From Selaginella moellendorffii (taxonomy: Eukaryota; Plantae; Lycopodiophyta), in contig NW_003314307.1 of assembly GCF_000143415.4 (NCBI RefSeq), positions 444,859 to 508,858 of the forward strand: a stretch of 64,000 nucleotides of DNA. The letters run 5' to 3'. This document shows positions 9,346-21,177 of this stretch, in pieces. Both the position numbers and the translations under genes were made by a program. The notes under the pieces were generated by a model. It was not told the DNA's origin. It saw only the letters and a program-made list of their open reading frames with translations, and did no database searches. How positions within the stretch are numbered: position 1 is the stretch's first letter; each line of letters begins with the position of its first letter.

Positions 9346-10980
9346 ACAAACTATTGGGTGAAAGCCCAAAGCAATCGTCCCCTTGGGGGGGGCGGGGTTC
9401 CAAAACTATAGTAGGGAGAGTGTGGGGGTTGGGCCTTAGTGGAGCCAATTTGGCTAGGAAAGGCAAGTGTGACTTAGGAAGGCTATACCCATGTGTTGGG
9501 TGATGATATATCCACTAAGGAATCCAAGGTTAGAATGAATATAGATACATAAGTGAGGTAATTTGGTGAAATGTTCAAAAGTTGACTTTAGTTCCCCCAG
9601 AGGATTGAATGGTTGATGCTCCCAATCCAAGTGTGGGTGGCACTACCTACTTGGATACCTAGCATGGCTCATCAAAACCTCACTCTAACCATATAACTAG
9701 AGCACCCAAAGGGGATGGTGGGAAGAGTACCCACAAGGCTCGTGTAGAGCCATAATGTTTCGAAATGTCATCTTAGAGTGGAAAAAAAGAAGAGCAATCC
9801 ACTTGTGTGGTAACTAATGATATGGTCATACAACAAGAAAGTTCTAGAGGACATTAGGACATAGTGGTTGGGCCTATAGGCCTCAACCCCATAGCAGTGT
9901 TGGCAAACATGGCCATGGACAAAAAGGGACTTGGTAGGGACTGAAAAAGAAATATTGGAGAAGATTGTTCCCCATATCTATGAGCATTCTAAGGATATTA
10001 AGGAGTAGATTTGGAACGATTATTCATGGATAGATGGCCCAATCTTTAAGAGACGGAATTGTGATACAAGTGGTGTTGGACCATCAGTGTAACAAGGGTG
10101 AATAGGCATGGCTTTAGCGTAACGGGCTGATATGTTGGTGGTAACCTTAGATGTTGGTCATGGGATCGAACACATGGAGCATTTGGACCAAGTGCAAAGG
10201 TTGAGTGGCATAGATGGCATTCTCAGGGTTCCCAAGTTCAGAATAGGACTTATGGAGGTTGAGAGTGAGACTCTTCTAGGTGGTTAAAATTATGGTTAAG
10301 TGACTAAAGTAGAATAGAAAAATTATTCGCTTACACCAAAAACTAATCCATCTATTCAGGAATGGTCATCCCGTGACCACACCTTAGCATCTTTAGGATG
10401 CCTAAAAATATAGAAAACACCCTTCCCCAATATCCCTTCTTTAGTCCCCATTAAGTCCTTTTTTTTCCACAATTATGCTTACTAACACCACCACTGGGTT
10501 AGGGCTTGAAGGCCTGACCACTAAGTCCCATTGACATCTAGGACTTCTTTGCCATATGGCCATATCCTTGATCATTACACAAGAAGATTGTTCTTTCTTT
10601 TCCACAGTCTAAAACTTTGGGATGACATTTAGCCACGCCAGATATGCAAGTAGGTAGTGCCACCCACACTTGGATTAAAAGCATCATGAGCTAAAACTGG
10701 CTCTTGAACTCTTCACTAAGTTATCTTATTTATCTATCTATATTCACTCTCCTTCATAATGGTTATATCATCACCCACCATATAAGTATATTTTTCTTTG
10801 ATTACATTGACCTTTCTTGGCCAAATTGATTCCATTGGAGTCCTCCCCCTATTATCCTTTTGAAGCTCACCAAACCCCCTATAGTCTGGGAGATGATCAC
10901 TTTGGGTTTTCACCCTTAGACTTGGACTTTGACTCAAACTCAAACTCGGTTTTGGTCTTGGTCCTCAACTCGAACTCTAT

Positions 10981-11581
10981 TGTAAGCTCTTGAATTTGGA
11001 TTTCCCAGAAAGTCACCCGACTCAGTAATATTCAAACTTAAGAATGCTTAACCCCAAGTATCCTAAAAACTTTAACCGATTGGAAAAAGGGGTGAACTTT
11101 TATTCATGAACCTTTTTCCTTTATATTTGAACCCTTATGAATCGTCTTTTGAATTGTTCCTTTTAGTTGTTTACAATCCACCATGCTTTCCTGCAAGTTG
11201 ACACCTTCATGAACTGAAGCTTACAGCTAGTGGAGCAAATTGGATTTGCCAGATGTTACTCAATATATGGTGTAATTCCCCTAACTAACCAACAAAGTTA
11301 GACCCAAGACCAGATATCAATCAACATGTGGTGCAATTCTCCTAACCAACCAACAGAGTCAGACCTAAGACCCTTCTGATACCAAATGTAAGCTTTTGGA
11401 TTTGGACTTTCCAGGAGGTTACCCAATATAGTAATATTTAAATCTAAGGATGCTTAATCCCAAGTATCCCAAAACCTTTAACCGATTGAAAAAAAGGGTG
11501 CACTCTTATTTATATGCCTTTTCCCTTTATATTTAAATTTTTATAAATTGTCTCTTGAATCATTCCCTTTGGTTAATTACA
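10981..11581 (-). mobile_element. Cassandra-like TRIM (non-autonomous LTR element with a 5S rRNA-derived segment)
   Basis: Two 195-bp TGTAA...TTACA LTRs (10981-11175, 11387-11581). 211-bp non-coding interior with PBS TGGTATCAGA on the minus strand. TSD TCTAT/TCCAT. 5S A-box/C-box-like segment at 10998-11053 and 11404-11459. Confidence 0.85.
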
Positions 11582-12169
11582 TCCATCTCGCACTTTATCT
11601 CAAACTCCATTTTAGACTTCTTCTTGAACTCTATCTCGGACTTTTTCTCGGACTTTTTTTCGGACTCCTTCTCAGACTTTTTTTCAGACTCCATCTGGGA
11701 CTCTTTCTTAGATTCCTTCTCAGACTCAATCCTAACACTTCTATGTGTCATGATATTTGCCATATGTTAGTCTTTCTTGATTCCATTTCTAGAGACTCAT
11801 TCATCAATCACTTTATGCTCATCCCTCAAATACTTCCATTTTGACCATTGCCATATGACACCCTTTCGGCTCCACTTTGGGGCTTAGGGATTTATGTTTC
11901 ACAACTCCACCACCCATAGACAAAGTTCAATGTCCTTATTGAATAATAAACCATTTTATAAAGTAACCTTATTATGGATTACTATTTTCATCCTTAGCAC
12001 AAAGTTAATATTTATCAATGGTTTGACATTTAAGGCTCATCATACTTTACCCATCTTATAAGGAGTATAGTTTTTCCAGCTTAAAGTCTCATTAGATCAT
12101 CAATGGTAGTTTTTTACCTTTGTTTATTTAGTTCTCATAAAATCTATTAGAAACACTTTCTCTATTTCA

Positions 12170-12345
12170 TGTAAATAACTAAAGAGAATAACTCAAGAGA
12201 CGATCCACAGGGTTTAAATATAAAAAGAAAAAGCCCATAAATAACATTATACCCCCTTTTTAATTGATTAAGAGTTTTAGGATACTTAAGGTTAAGAGTC
12301 CTTACGTGGATAACTTTCCGAAAAGTCTAAATTTAAAAGTTTACA
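12170..12345 (+). mobile_element. Solo LTR of the Cassandra-like TRIM
   Basis: TGTAAATAAC...GTTTACA, a reverse-orientation homologue of the TRIM LTR with an internal deletion of about 19 bp. Flanks TTTCA/TCTCA. Confidence 0.7.
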
Positions 12346-12950
12346 TCTCAATTTTACTACTCATTCTAAGAAAATTGACTCAAGATGTCAATATTAAAGT
12401 TCTAGAATGCAATAGTTATGTTGGTAGAGGCTGAAACTACAAGTGTGTCCAACATCTTGTATTTCACCGGTTACGCAAACTCCACTTCCCCATCCTAAAA
12501 AGTTTTGGAGCATTTAAGAATCCATGAAATTTCTTTTCTTTCATTGTTGTTTGCTACAATGTTGATCATCCTATTACTACTAGACTATTTTACCCATGCA
12601 TCAAAAACTTCAAACTTATTCATGGTGATATGTGTTTCATAGCAACATGGAACAAAACAAATTAGATTATTACTAAAGGTAAAAATTATTTAATTCAATG
12701 GAGGATAAAATATGAAAATCCAAAAATGGAGATATAAGAAATATTAAATACATTTTATTGATATAAAAAAATTACAAATAAAATATTTTATTCTTTATAT
12801 TCACCACCATTTGAAAATTTAATAAAAAGATAAAATCTTTAAGGAACTTTGAAATTACATTATATGGACATTAATTATGAATAAGGATGGAAAAGTTTTT
12901 TCACTTGAAAATTTAAAATAATAACATTTTAAAGAGTATATATTAAAGAA

Positions 12951-13012
<62 letters not shown>
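12951..13012. repeat. Compound microsatellite (GT)n(AT)n
   Basis: Directly visible. Confidence 0.97.
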
Positions 13013-13015
<3 letters not shown>

Positions 13016-13479
13016 AAAATAATGTCATATTAAAAAGTGAAAATTTTGCTAGTATTTAAAAATATTTGTAATAAATACTACTCATAGTTATGCTTTCTCA
13101 TCATCACACACCATAAGGAAATGGTTTCTTGAAATGGTGAAGAAAAGTATACAGCTAAAATTTAAATCCCAAAATGTAATTAATTATTAAAATTAATATT
13201 TTAAATAATATTCTAATAGATTTTTTATTTTTTATTTTTAGATTTAAATTACATTATTAAATTATTAATAAAATGATAAATTGAAATCCTTTTAAAAACT
13301 AGTACTTTGACAAATGATATTAAAACTAAGGTATAGTGAAAAACTAATATGCAATTAAGTAGTATTTAGTATTTTTTTACCAATTTTTTCCTATATTTTT
13401 TGCAATTTACGGATAACCACAATGCAAATCTATTTTGGAAAAGACTTTTGCATCTCTAAGTCTATGCAAAATATTACCT

Positions 13480-15200
13480 ACTGATGATATATGCACTTTG
13501 TCCTTCATTGTCTTCTTGTATAAAGCTTTATTGTCTATCCCTGCATTGAGTCATCCTTTTTCTTGGCAAATGAGATAGAAGCACCAAAAGAAGATTTGTT
13601 GGGTTGGATAAACCCATACTCAAGCAACCCAGTCATTGGCCCTTGACCTTTATCTCATCTGCATGACTAAGACAAAATGGTTGTCTATAAATTGGCTTTA
13701 TACTAGGCTTTAGCAGTTAACTCTACTGGAAACACATAAGTAAATTCTTCAAGCTTCACCCAAACAACCTCTTCTCCTGTGAGAGAACTTAAAGTATCTA
13801 ACTCTCTAATGAACATAAAAATCATTCCCTTTATTATAAATAGCTCCAAAGACATGGTTGACATCATCTGTGTGATGATTGGAAGATCACTCCACTAATC
13901 CAATTTGACTTGGTGAAGACTCCACTTGATCTCGGGATCAATGGGGCAATTTTGCCCTTCTTTCTTGATCACATAAGCCAAATTATTCCAAGATCAAATC
14001 CACATTCTTCATGGCAGCCAGAAAAAAATCCTCAACGAACTCCATTTTTCCCACCTTTATGAGAAGTTGCATGATGTCCCACTTCTGAGTTTCTGTGCCA
14101 ATAATCTTATACAGAGGCAACTTCCCTAAACCCTCACATTCCTTTACCAATTTTGAAAAAATAAATTGAGCTGCCAATCAATTAGGATCATCACTAAACA
14201 CTGCTTAGCTATCCCTCCACTTGAATTAGTCAAGATTTAGTCATCAAGCCACCAATATCATCACACTAGATTTGATCAATAATTCTACAATCACTAACAA
14301 ATGTTCTTTCAACTCAAAAGCCTCATTTGTACACTACACTTCCTAGATCTTCTTGTTGTTAGAAGCACCAACTCCATTGTTGTTCTTCAGCAATATTTTC
14401 TTCTAGTGATCCAAAAATCCACACTTGAAGCATTGATAGGATTAGTGATGCAAACCGTCTTTGAAATTTGGCCATTATTCCAGTGGCTTCTACCATTTTT
14501 GCCATGCCCTCCACCATTGCTACTATAGAAAAATCCTACCATATGGAAATTTGAGTAAGAATTCTTGCTATTGCCACTATCACTATATCCAATATCATCT
14601 TTAGAAACTCCTATTACACTAATTCTTCTTGGTGTTATCAGGCTACTACTCTTGTGACTCCTCATCCTCAAGTGCTCCAACATCCATAAAAAATTCCTCC
14701 GGCAACTTGGAAGTTTGGGTAGACTTCGTAGATTTCTACATGTTATGGTTGTGCAAACCATCTAGGAAGTAATCCTTCTCCACCTCCTCCATATAGTCAC
14801 TTCAAATTCAGCTAAACAACATTCCAAACCAATTATATACTCATTGATCAAATTGCCCTTCCTCTGCTGTAGCTAACACCAAGCATGCCAAGCATCATAG
14901 GTGCAAACTCCTACTTAAAAGCTACTACAAACTTTTCTAAGGAGGTAAATGGTCCTTTCCTAGTGCTTATTCATTAGTTATTTGCATCCACCACTGTGAT
15001 GCCTTGATTTTCAAGGCAACCTCCAGAAGGATCAGTGGTTAAGTATCATCAAAACCTTGGACCTGGATCAGCCTTGAGATTTTACCAAGGTTTCATCTGC
15101 AATACCTTGTGATTAGATTACCACTACCACCTCAAGATTGATCAAGCTTTTCCATGCAAGTTTGCATGTCTTGCTGGGAGTCACATCTCTTGCCAAAAAA
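13480..15200 (-). pseudogene. Degenerate Ty3/gypsy gag-protease-RT remnant
   Basis: Minus-strand fragments ASQWWMQ..KFVVAFK.EFAP (retrotransposon gag), FVEDFFLAAMKNVDLIL (protease end) and GFIQPNKSSFGASISFAKKKD (RT start); many stops. Confidence 0.7.
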
Positions 15201-16013
15201 ACCTTTTACATAATCCTTCAAAACCACAATGCATAGAGCTACTAGACTATAGTGGGTTGAATAAAACTCCTTTTTGCTTTTTCTTTTCTTAATTGTTTAA
15301 AGTTTTTAGTTAGATACGCCATTTTCTTAGACACTCAATGACCTAATCCTCTAATTGACCTACTAATCCCATACTTAGCCTTAAGCGGATAATAGGGTGC
15401 TCAAACTTGGAATTTGCCATGTCAAGTTTCCCTCGTGCATTACACACTTAGGCATATAGTCTATCTGCTTTTGAACGTATGTTATGACATTAGCATGTGC
15501 CCTTACTTGGCGGCCATTTGTTGTATGGATTACTTCGTGCCTAGGATCGTGCAGGCAGAGTCTTTACTGGTAAAGCCTATGCATCCCTCAGCAGTAGAAC
15601 ATCTCTTCAATTCAGATGCGGCCAGTGAAGGTTAGTTTGCCCACATAGTGGTCATGATCAATTGAGGTAAGGAAGCTCAGAACCGTGTTTGTATTGCTGA
15701 AATGGTCTGGGCGTAGAGCAGATTGCAACTGTACTCCAATTAGTCTGCAAAAGTTTGGATAGAAAAGTTTGTCAAAAGTTGCTTTCCTTGTGCCGCAAGT
15801 AACCCTGTGGAAGTGGGAACTACTTGACCTTCTCCACTATGAAAATCGAAGAAACAAGCACTACAGCTTTGTGAACCTGTCCATGATCAACTGGATTGAA
15901 GGAAATTCCACTATAAATTGCTTGCAATACGCTTGTCCATGACCAGCAGAGTTCGAGAAATGCACGCTCCTCACCACCACCAGACTCATATATTGTATGT
16001 GAAAAGAATACCT

Positions 16014-18005
16014 TTATCTAAGGGTGTATGCGTTTGCCAGTAAGAGGTAAGGTCCAGGTACATGATGATCCAAATTAGTTGTCGCCACCTTTCCCAACCG
16101 TGCATTACCATGTAATTTACACTTTCCCAGGAGAATTGTCCATGCTCCCGGATCCGCACAAGAGGTGACCAGTTCTCTCGCCTCCTCCAGCCTCCCACTC
16201 CGCCCCAAGAGATCAATCAAACAGTGGTAGTGTTGGACGCCGGGAGCTATCCCACAGTCCGTACACATTACCCGGAAATAGTACAGCCCCTCATGCAACC
16301 GCCCACCGTGGCTGCACGCCGCCAGGATGGTCACAAACGTCAGGTCACTGGGTTCGACCCCCTCTCCAAACATTGTCGAGAACAATACCATGGCCAGCTC
16401 CACAAGACCATTCTGAGAATATGCGGCTACCATGGTGCTCCACAGCACGGGGCTGCCATGGTACGGAAGTAAGAGCGCGTGGAACTCGTTAGCAGCTGCG
16501 GTGAGGTCTCCGCATCCTCCGTACATGCTGATGATGAGACCCCCCAACATGAGCTCATTTGACACGGAGTTGAATTCTCTGAAATTTGCGTGGATTGATC
16601 GGGCATCAGAGAGCGAGCCAATGCAGCTGCACGCGAAAAACGCACTCGCAAAAGCGCTCTCATCTGGGTGATACCCTTCTTGGTTCATCCTCCGGAAGAG
16701 GGATATCCCCTCGATTCCATGGCCGTTTTGGGCATATGCCGCGATCATCACGCTCCATGTCACTGTGTTCCAGCACGGCATTGTGTCGAACAACAACTGG
16801 GCTTCCTCAAGATGCCCGTGCTGGGCATATCCAGCCAGCATTGCAGTCCACGTCACAACGTTGGGTGCTGAAGTGGACTCTAGCATGGCTTGTGCCTTGT
16901 CCAAATACCCGTTTCGGGCATATGCAGCGAGCATCGCAGTCCACGAGATGTCATCTTGCTGAGGCATTTTTGCGAAGACATCTTCCGCCTCTGAAATGTT
17001 TCCACTCTCGGAGAACGCGTTAAAGATGGCCGTGCAGGATATAATATCGCGCTCGGGCATTTCTGTGAACATCGCCATCGCTTTAAGAGTATGCCCAGCT
17101 CGGGCATATGCCTCCGTCATAGAGGACCAAGCAACAATGTCCAACGCTGGCATCTGGTTAAACAACGCCCGACCTTGTGTGAGTCTTCCAGTTGCTGCAA
17201 GCGCATTCAAGAGCGTCGTCCACGAAAACAGGTCTCTCTCGGGCATTCTCTCGAAGATCGTCCTTGCTTCGCTCAGATCCTCGCCCTGCGACACTGCTGC
17301 GATGGCAAAGTTGTACGAGGCAACATCGCGCTCCGGCATCTCCTGGAAAAGTTTCAGAGCTTCGGTGAAACGCCCGTCTCGGACAAGGGCACCCAAGAGG
17401 CCGTTCCATGACAGGATGTCGTGGCAGGCCATGTCATCGAACACCAACCGCGCGTCGTCGTAGTGTTTGCTGTGCTGGAGCATTGTGTTCCACGTCACAA
17501 GAGACCACCCGGGCATTGTATCAAACATGCTCCACGCCTTTTCCAAATGCCCACTAGCGGCATTTGCTACAATGATAATGTTCCACGAGATTATGTTCTT
17601 GTGTGGCATGCTGTCAAATATTTCATTCGATTCATTTAGAAATGGAACATCAGAATAGGCTTTGAGGATTGCAGTCCACGAAACCACGTCCCAACACGGC
17701 ATGTTTTCGAACATCAATCTTGCGGTGTACAAATCCCCGTTACTGGCATATGCAGTGACGATGATGTTCCACGAAAAAAGATTCGGCTCCGGAAGGCTAT
17801 CAAACACCTCGCGGGCTTTCTCAACACTTCCGTGCTTCCCATACATTTCGATGACAAGGTTGGCGAGGAAAATGTTGTGGCGGTGCTCGCTGGCGGAGAT
17901 CGTCGCGTGGATCTTTTGGGCTTGCTGGAGACTCCGGCACGACTTGACCAGGTTGGCGTACAATGCTGGGTCCGATTGATCCATTGCAGCAGTGGTCAAG
18001 TGCAT
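16014..18005 (-). CDS. PLS-class pentatricopeptide repeat protein with E-type C-terminus, no DYW domain
   Basis: Intronless 663 aa with repeated (F..MPERD..SW...) motifs; ends HYHCLIDLLGRSGRLEEA...WTILLGKCKLHG...YLLLANAY. Confidence 0.93.
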   Translation of the reverse strand: MHLTTAAMDQSDPALYANLVKSCRSLQQAQKIHATISASEHRHNIFLANLVIEMYGKHGSVEKAREVFDSLPEPNLFSWNIIVTAYASNGDLYTARLMFENMPCWDVVSWTAILKAYSDVPFLNESNEIFDSMPHKNIISWNIIIVANAASGHLEKAWSMFDTMPGWSLVTWNTMLQHSKHYDDARLVFDDMACHDILSWNGLLGALVRDGRFTEALKLFQEMPERDVASYNFAIAAVSQGEDLSEARTIFERMPERDLFSWTTLLNALAATGRLTQGRALFNQMPALDIVAWSSMTEAYARAGHTLKAMAMFTEMPERDIISCTAIFNAFSESGNISEAEDVFAKMPQQDDISWTAMLAAYARNGYLDKAQAMLESTSAPNVVTWTAMLAGYAQHGHLEEAQLLFDTMPCWNTVTWSVMIAAYAQNGHGIEGISLFRRMNQEGYHPDESAFASAFFACSCIGSLSDARSIHANFREFNSVSNELMLGGLIISMYGGCGDLTAAANEFHALLLPYHGSPVLWSTMVAAYSQNGLVELAMVLFSTMFGEGVEPSDLTFVTILAACSHGGRLHEGLYYFRVMCTDCGIAPGVQHYHCLIDLLGRSGRLEEARELVTSCADPGAWTILLGKCKLHGNARLGKVATTNLDHHVPGPYLLLANAYTLR

Positions 18006-18332
18006 CGTTTTGACCCGTGTGAATCAATCCCAATCGCTTTGATTTTCAACTGTTTTGGATCGAGATGATCTAGCCATCTTTGCTACACCATAAAAACGCT
18101 TTGATTCTCCACTACTCAAAGCTGGGACTGGGACTGATGAGAGAAAGTCTGAATTGCTTCCATCGACTTCGACTTCTCGTTATGAAGATTCTACTCTCCA
18201 CAGTCGCCGTCGCCGACATTGCGCAAGCGGAAAAAATTGGTTTGATAACCAAAAAGAGGAAACAAAGAAGGCCCGGCCCTACCCCGAACGAAAAAGTTCC
18301 ATGTATAAAAACTAAAGGAAAGAAACACCCAG

Positions 18333-18375
18333 ACGTGGCGGGAATGCAAAGTGATTACGTGGCGGACGACGTGGC
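18333..18375 (+). promoter_or_regulatory. Cluster of three ABRE/G-box-type motifs (ACGTGGC)
   Basis: ACGTGGC at 18333, 18357 and 18369, in the divergent intergenic region between the PPR and membrane-protein genes. Confidence 0.5.
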
Positions 18376-18772
18376 ATGGCATGGCATGGCTGCCGAGCCT
18401 CTCGAGCCTGCCGAGGCTGGACATCCGAGGCTGGCATTGCTTTTGCCGAGGCTGCCGTGGGTATGCCGCCCATGATGCCATGCTTGGGGAAGGGGCAAAA
18501 GAATCGAAAGCTCCAAGAAGAGGTTTATATTTCGGGATGGAGATGGAGGGTTTTGTGGCTTTGCTGTGGAGATGGAAGGCGCCCCGGCGACGATCCTGCC
18601 GCATTCCGTCTAGGAAGCGCAAGCGATCGATCGATCCATCGCCGCGGCGGGAAGGGTGGATCTTTGGTTGTTGATTTCTTTGTTTGGCCGATCACCTTGA
18701 TCGCAGACTGAGCGGGCGCCTTGTGAGCTGAAATATTGCCGAGATTTTGGCAGCTATGCGCGATCGCCGGTC

Positions 18773-20912
18773 ATGGGGATCGTCGCGCAGCTCGGGCTGG
18801 GCCTCGTGATTGTTCTTTGCGCTTGCTTCCCACGGTCTTTGCAAGGGCATGATGGATTACATTCCAGGCGCGCGTTCCTGCTGGATCGCGGTAAGCTTGA
18901 GAGGTTTTCTTGATCGATTCAAGCAACTGACATCTCTTTTTGTGAATTTCCCAGGTGCTGAGGCGAAATATCTCCGACACACACGGAATTTCAGCGATTC
19001 CTTGCCTGGGGAGACGCGCCGTGTGGATCCTCTAGATGGTCTCAAGCACTACCGAGGGGGATTTGACATCGAGAACAAGCATTACTGGGCGGTAAGTCGA
19101 TCGTCTTGTTTGTAACTTGCTACAAAGTGAAAATTTGGTGACGCTCCTAATCGTGATGCTTTTGTGATGCTAGTCGGTGCTTTTTTCGGGGATATATGGG
19201 TACGCACTTGCGGTGGCATCAGTACTACTTGGCCTCGTTTTCCTGGTGCTGCTTTTTGTTCGATCGATGAAGAGGAGGGATTTAAAATTCCAAAAGATGG
19301 CTCCTAGTGCTTCAAATTCCCATCACTCTATTGTGTCTTCGGCGGCTTTGATGCTTTTGACACTGTTAGCACTGTAAGTGTTCTCCGTGCTTGGAAGTCT
19401 GTTTATATCTATGACTGACTTTGGGCTCGTTTAGTGTCTTTTGCTGCTTGCTTCTTGTCGGAAACAAGAGGCTACACGAGGACGCCAACGTTGTGAAAGA
19501 TGTTCTTATTGAGGCTGCCAACAATGCCACTGCTACTATATACAATGTCACGACAGAGATGACGGATATAACGACCAAGTTGGAGCCATTCGATGGTAAC
19601 CTTACTACTCTGTTCTCGTCGAAGGCCAGGCTCTACTTTGAAGCCGTGCAAATCCAACAAAAGGTTCAGGACAACAAGAAGATGATTGAGAGAACGTTGA
19701 AAGAAATGTGAGGTTAGCTCCATTGCGATCGTTAAGCGATGTGGTTAACCATTTTTTTCTCATTGCAGATACATCACTATCCTTGTTACGAGCTCGGTAA
19801 TAATGCTCTTTTTGATAGTGGGACTAGTTATTTTGATCGGTAGGGTCAGATTTCTGTGATAAGTACTCGTATACTGAACATTAAATGGTGTTGCAGAGAA
19901 GACGCATCCGTTTTGGTGGTGGTTCTTTCCGTTGTAAGTAGTTTTTTTTGTCTTGTTCTAAATTTTTTGAAAGTATCTTATGCCTTTCGTTATGTTATGG
20001 CAGGATTACTGTTGCTCTTTGGCTACTGACAGTATTCAGCTGGATCGCCTTTGGATTGTCTTACGCGGCTCACAAGTAATCTGATAGTTTTTCTTTAATC
20101 CGCTTCTTTCTCAACTGAAATAAGTTGTCAGTGTCGTGGACGACTCCTGTACAGCTCTAGAGGAGTATCAACAAAACCCATACAACAACACAAACGCACT
20201 GGGCTTGCTCCTGCCTTGCGTCGATTCCAAGAATGGGAACGACTCAGTCCTCAAGATACGTGAAGGCATGTACAGAGTTATCGCACAGGTAAGCTTGTGG
20301 TGTTCCAGCCATGCATCTAAATCCGAAGCTTTTCTCTTGCCAGGCGAATAGGAATATATCGAAGCTACGTACGACGATGGATGGCATCGGGGACAACCGC
20401 GTCATCCCCCACATTTGCAATCCATTCTCCGGCCCTCCACACTACAAGCTTACAGGGCAGTGCCTCGAAGGCACTGTGGCGATAGGTAACGTTCCCCAGG
20501 TAATTAAGAGACGCTGCTTTCAGATCGATCGTCACAAACTTTGATGGTTTTTGATGGAAAAAACTTACAGGTGCTCCAGCCGTTTCGATGCTCGGCCAAA
20601 GACGAGCACGAGTGTGCTACCGCCGAAGGCGTGCAGCACATCCCAGACCCGATCTACAGGACCATTCTGGCCTACAGCGCCGCCGCGCAGACGCTCATCG
20701 ACGCCACCCCATCGCTGGAAAGCCTCGCGAATTGCTCCTTTGTGGTGCGCGCTTTCTCGGTGATCGTGGATGGTAAGTGCCGCCCCGTGAGGAGCTCCAT
20801 CCATCTCCTCTGGGCTGCGTACGCTGGGCTCGCCACCACCGCGTTTTTACTCCTCATTCTCTACGCCATACGGATTTACTCAAAGCTCAAACAATCCAAA
20901 ACACAGGGTTAA
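18773..20912 (+). CDS. Multi-exon multi-pass membrane protein, plant tweety-like family
   Basis: Signal peptide MGIVAQLGLGLVIVLCAC; RVDPLDGLKHYRGGFDIENKHYWA; DDSCTALEEYQQNPYN..LLPC; ICNPFS; several TM segments; short GT-AG introns. Confidence 0.8.
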
Positions 20913-21177
20913 AGTTTTTTAGGGCTTATTTGATTTTAGGGCTTTTATTCGATTAAAATTTTTAAGGCATATTTGATTAGTATTAAGCAATCTCTGCTTA
21001 GAATAAACTAATTGAAAAAAAAAAAAAGATTCCTTTCTCGTGTTGTATAAGGCTGCCGCTTGGCAAGCGTGGGCTCGTGATTGATCGATCGCGATCAAGA
21101 AAATATTTCGCTAGCGAGCGCGCAAGGTAGGGAATTTCTCGGCCTGGCGCCGCGATTGATCGTGTGGCAGCTCCGCA

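Larger units (their letters stand above)
1..10335 (+). mobile_element. Decayed Ty3/gypsy-like host element (internal remnant plus 3' LTR at 7343-10335) containing nested insertions
   Basis: PPT-like GGGTGGTGGAGT (7331-7342) is followed by TGTGAAACACAAATCC and the LTR ends GCTTACA at 10335. A knuckle-like remnant CTDCGK...GCP lies just right of the copia. The internal region is stop-riddled and the left limit is uncertain. Confidence 0.55.
10370..12520 (-). mobile_element. Inverted, truncated copy of the same gypsy 3' end (LTR about 10370-11903 plus adjacent internal sequence)
   Basis: TTTCACA-ACTCCACCACCC at 11897-11915 is the reverse complement of the PPT/LTR junction at 7331-7349. 11903-12500 mirrors about 6950-7342. 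Confidence 0.75.

Noticed and set aside
10998-11053. Functional 5S rRNA gene
   Set aside because: Only about 56 nt of the internal control region, diverged and embedded in both LTRs of a TRIM.
15400-15990. Possible extra exons or gene downstream of the PPR
   Set aside because: No convincing ORF or DYW motifs (HSE, CxDCH, DYW) found by eye.
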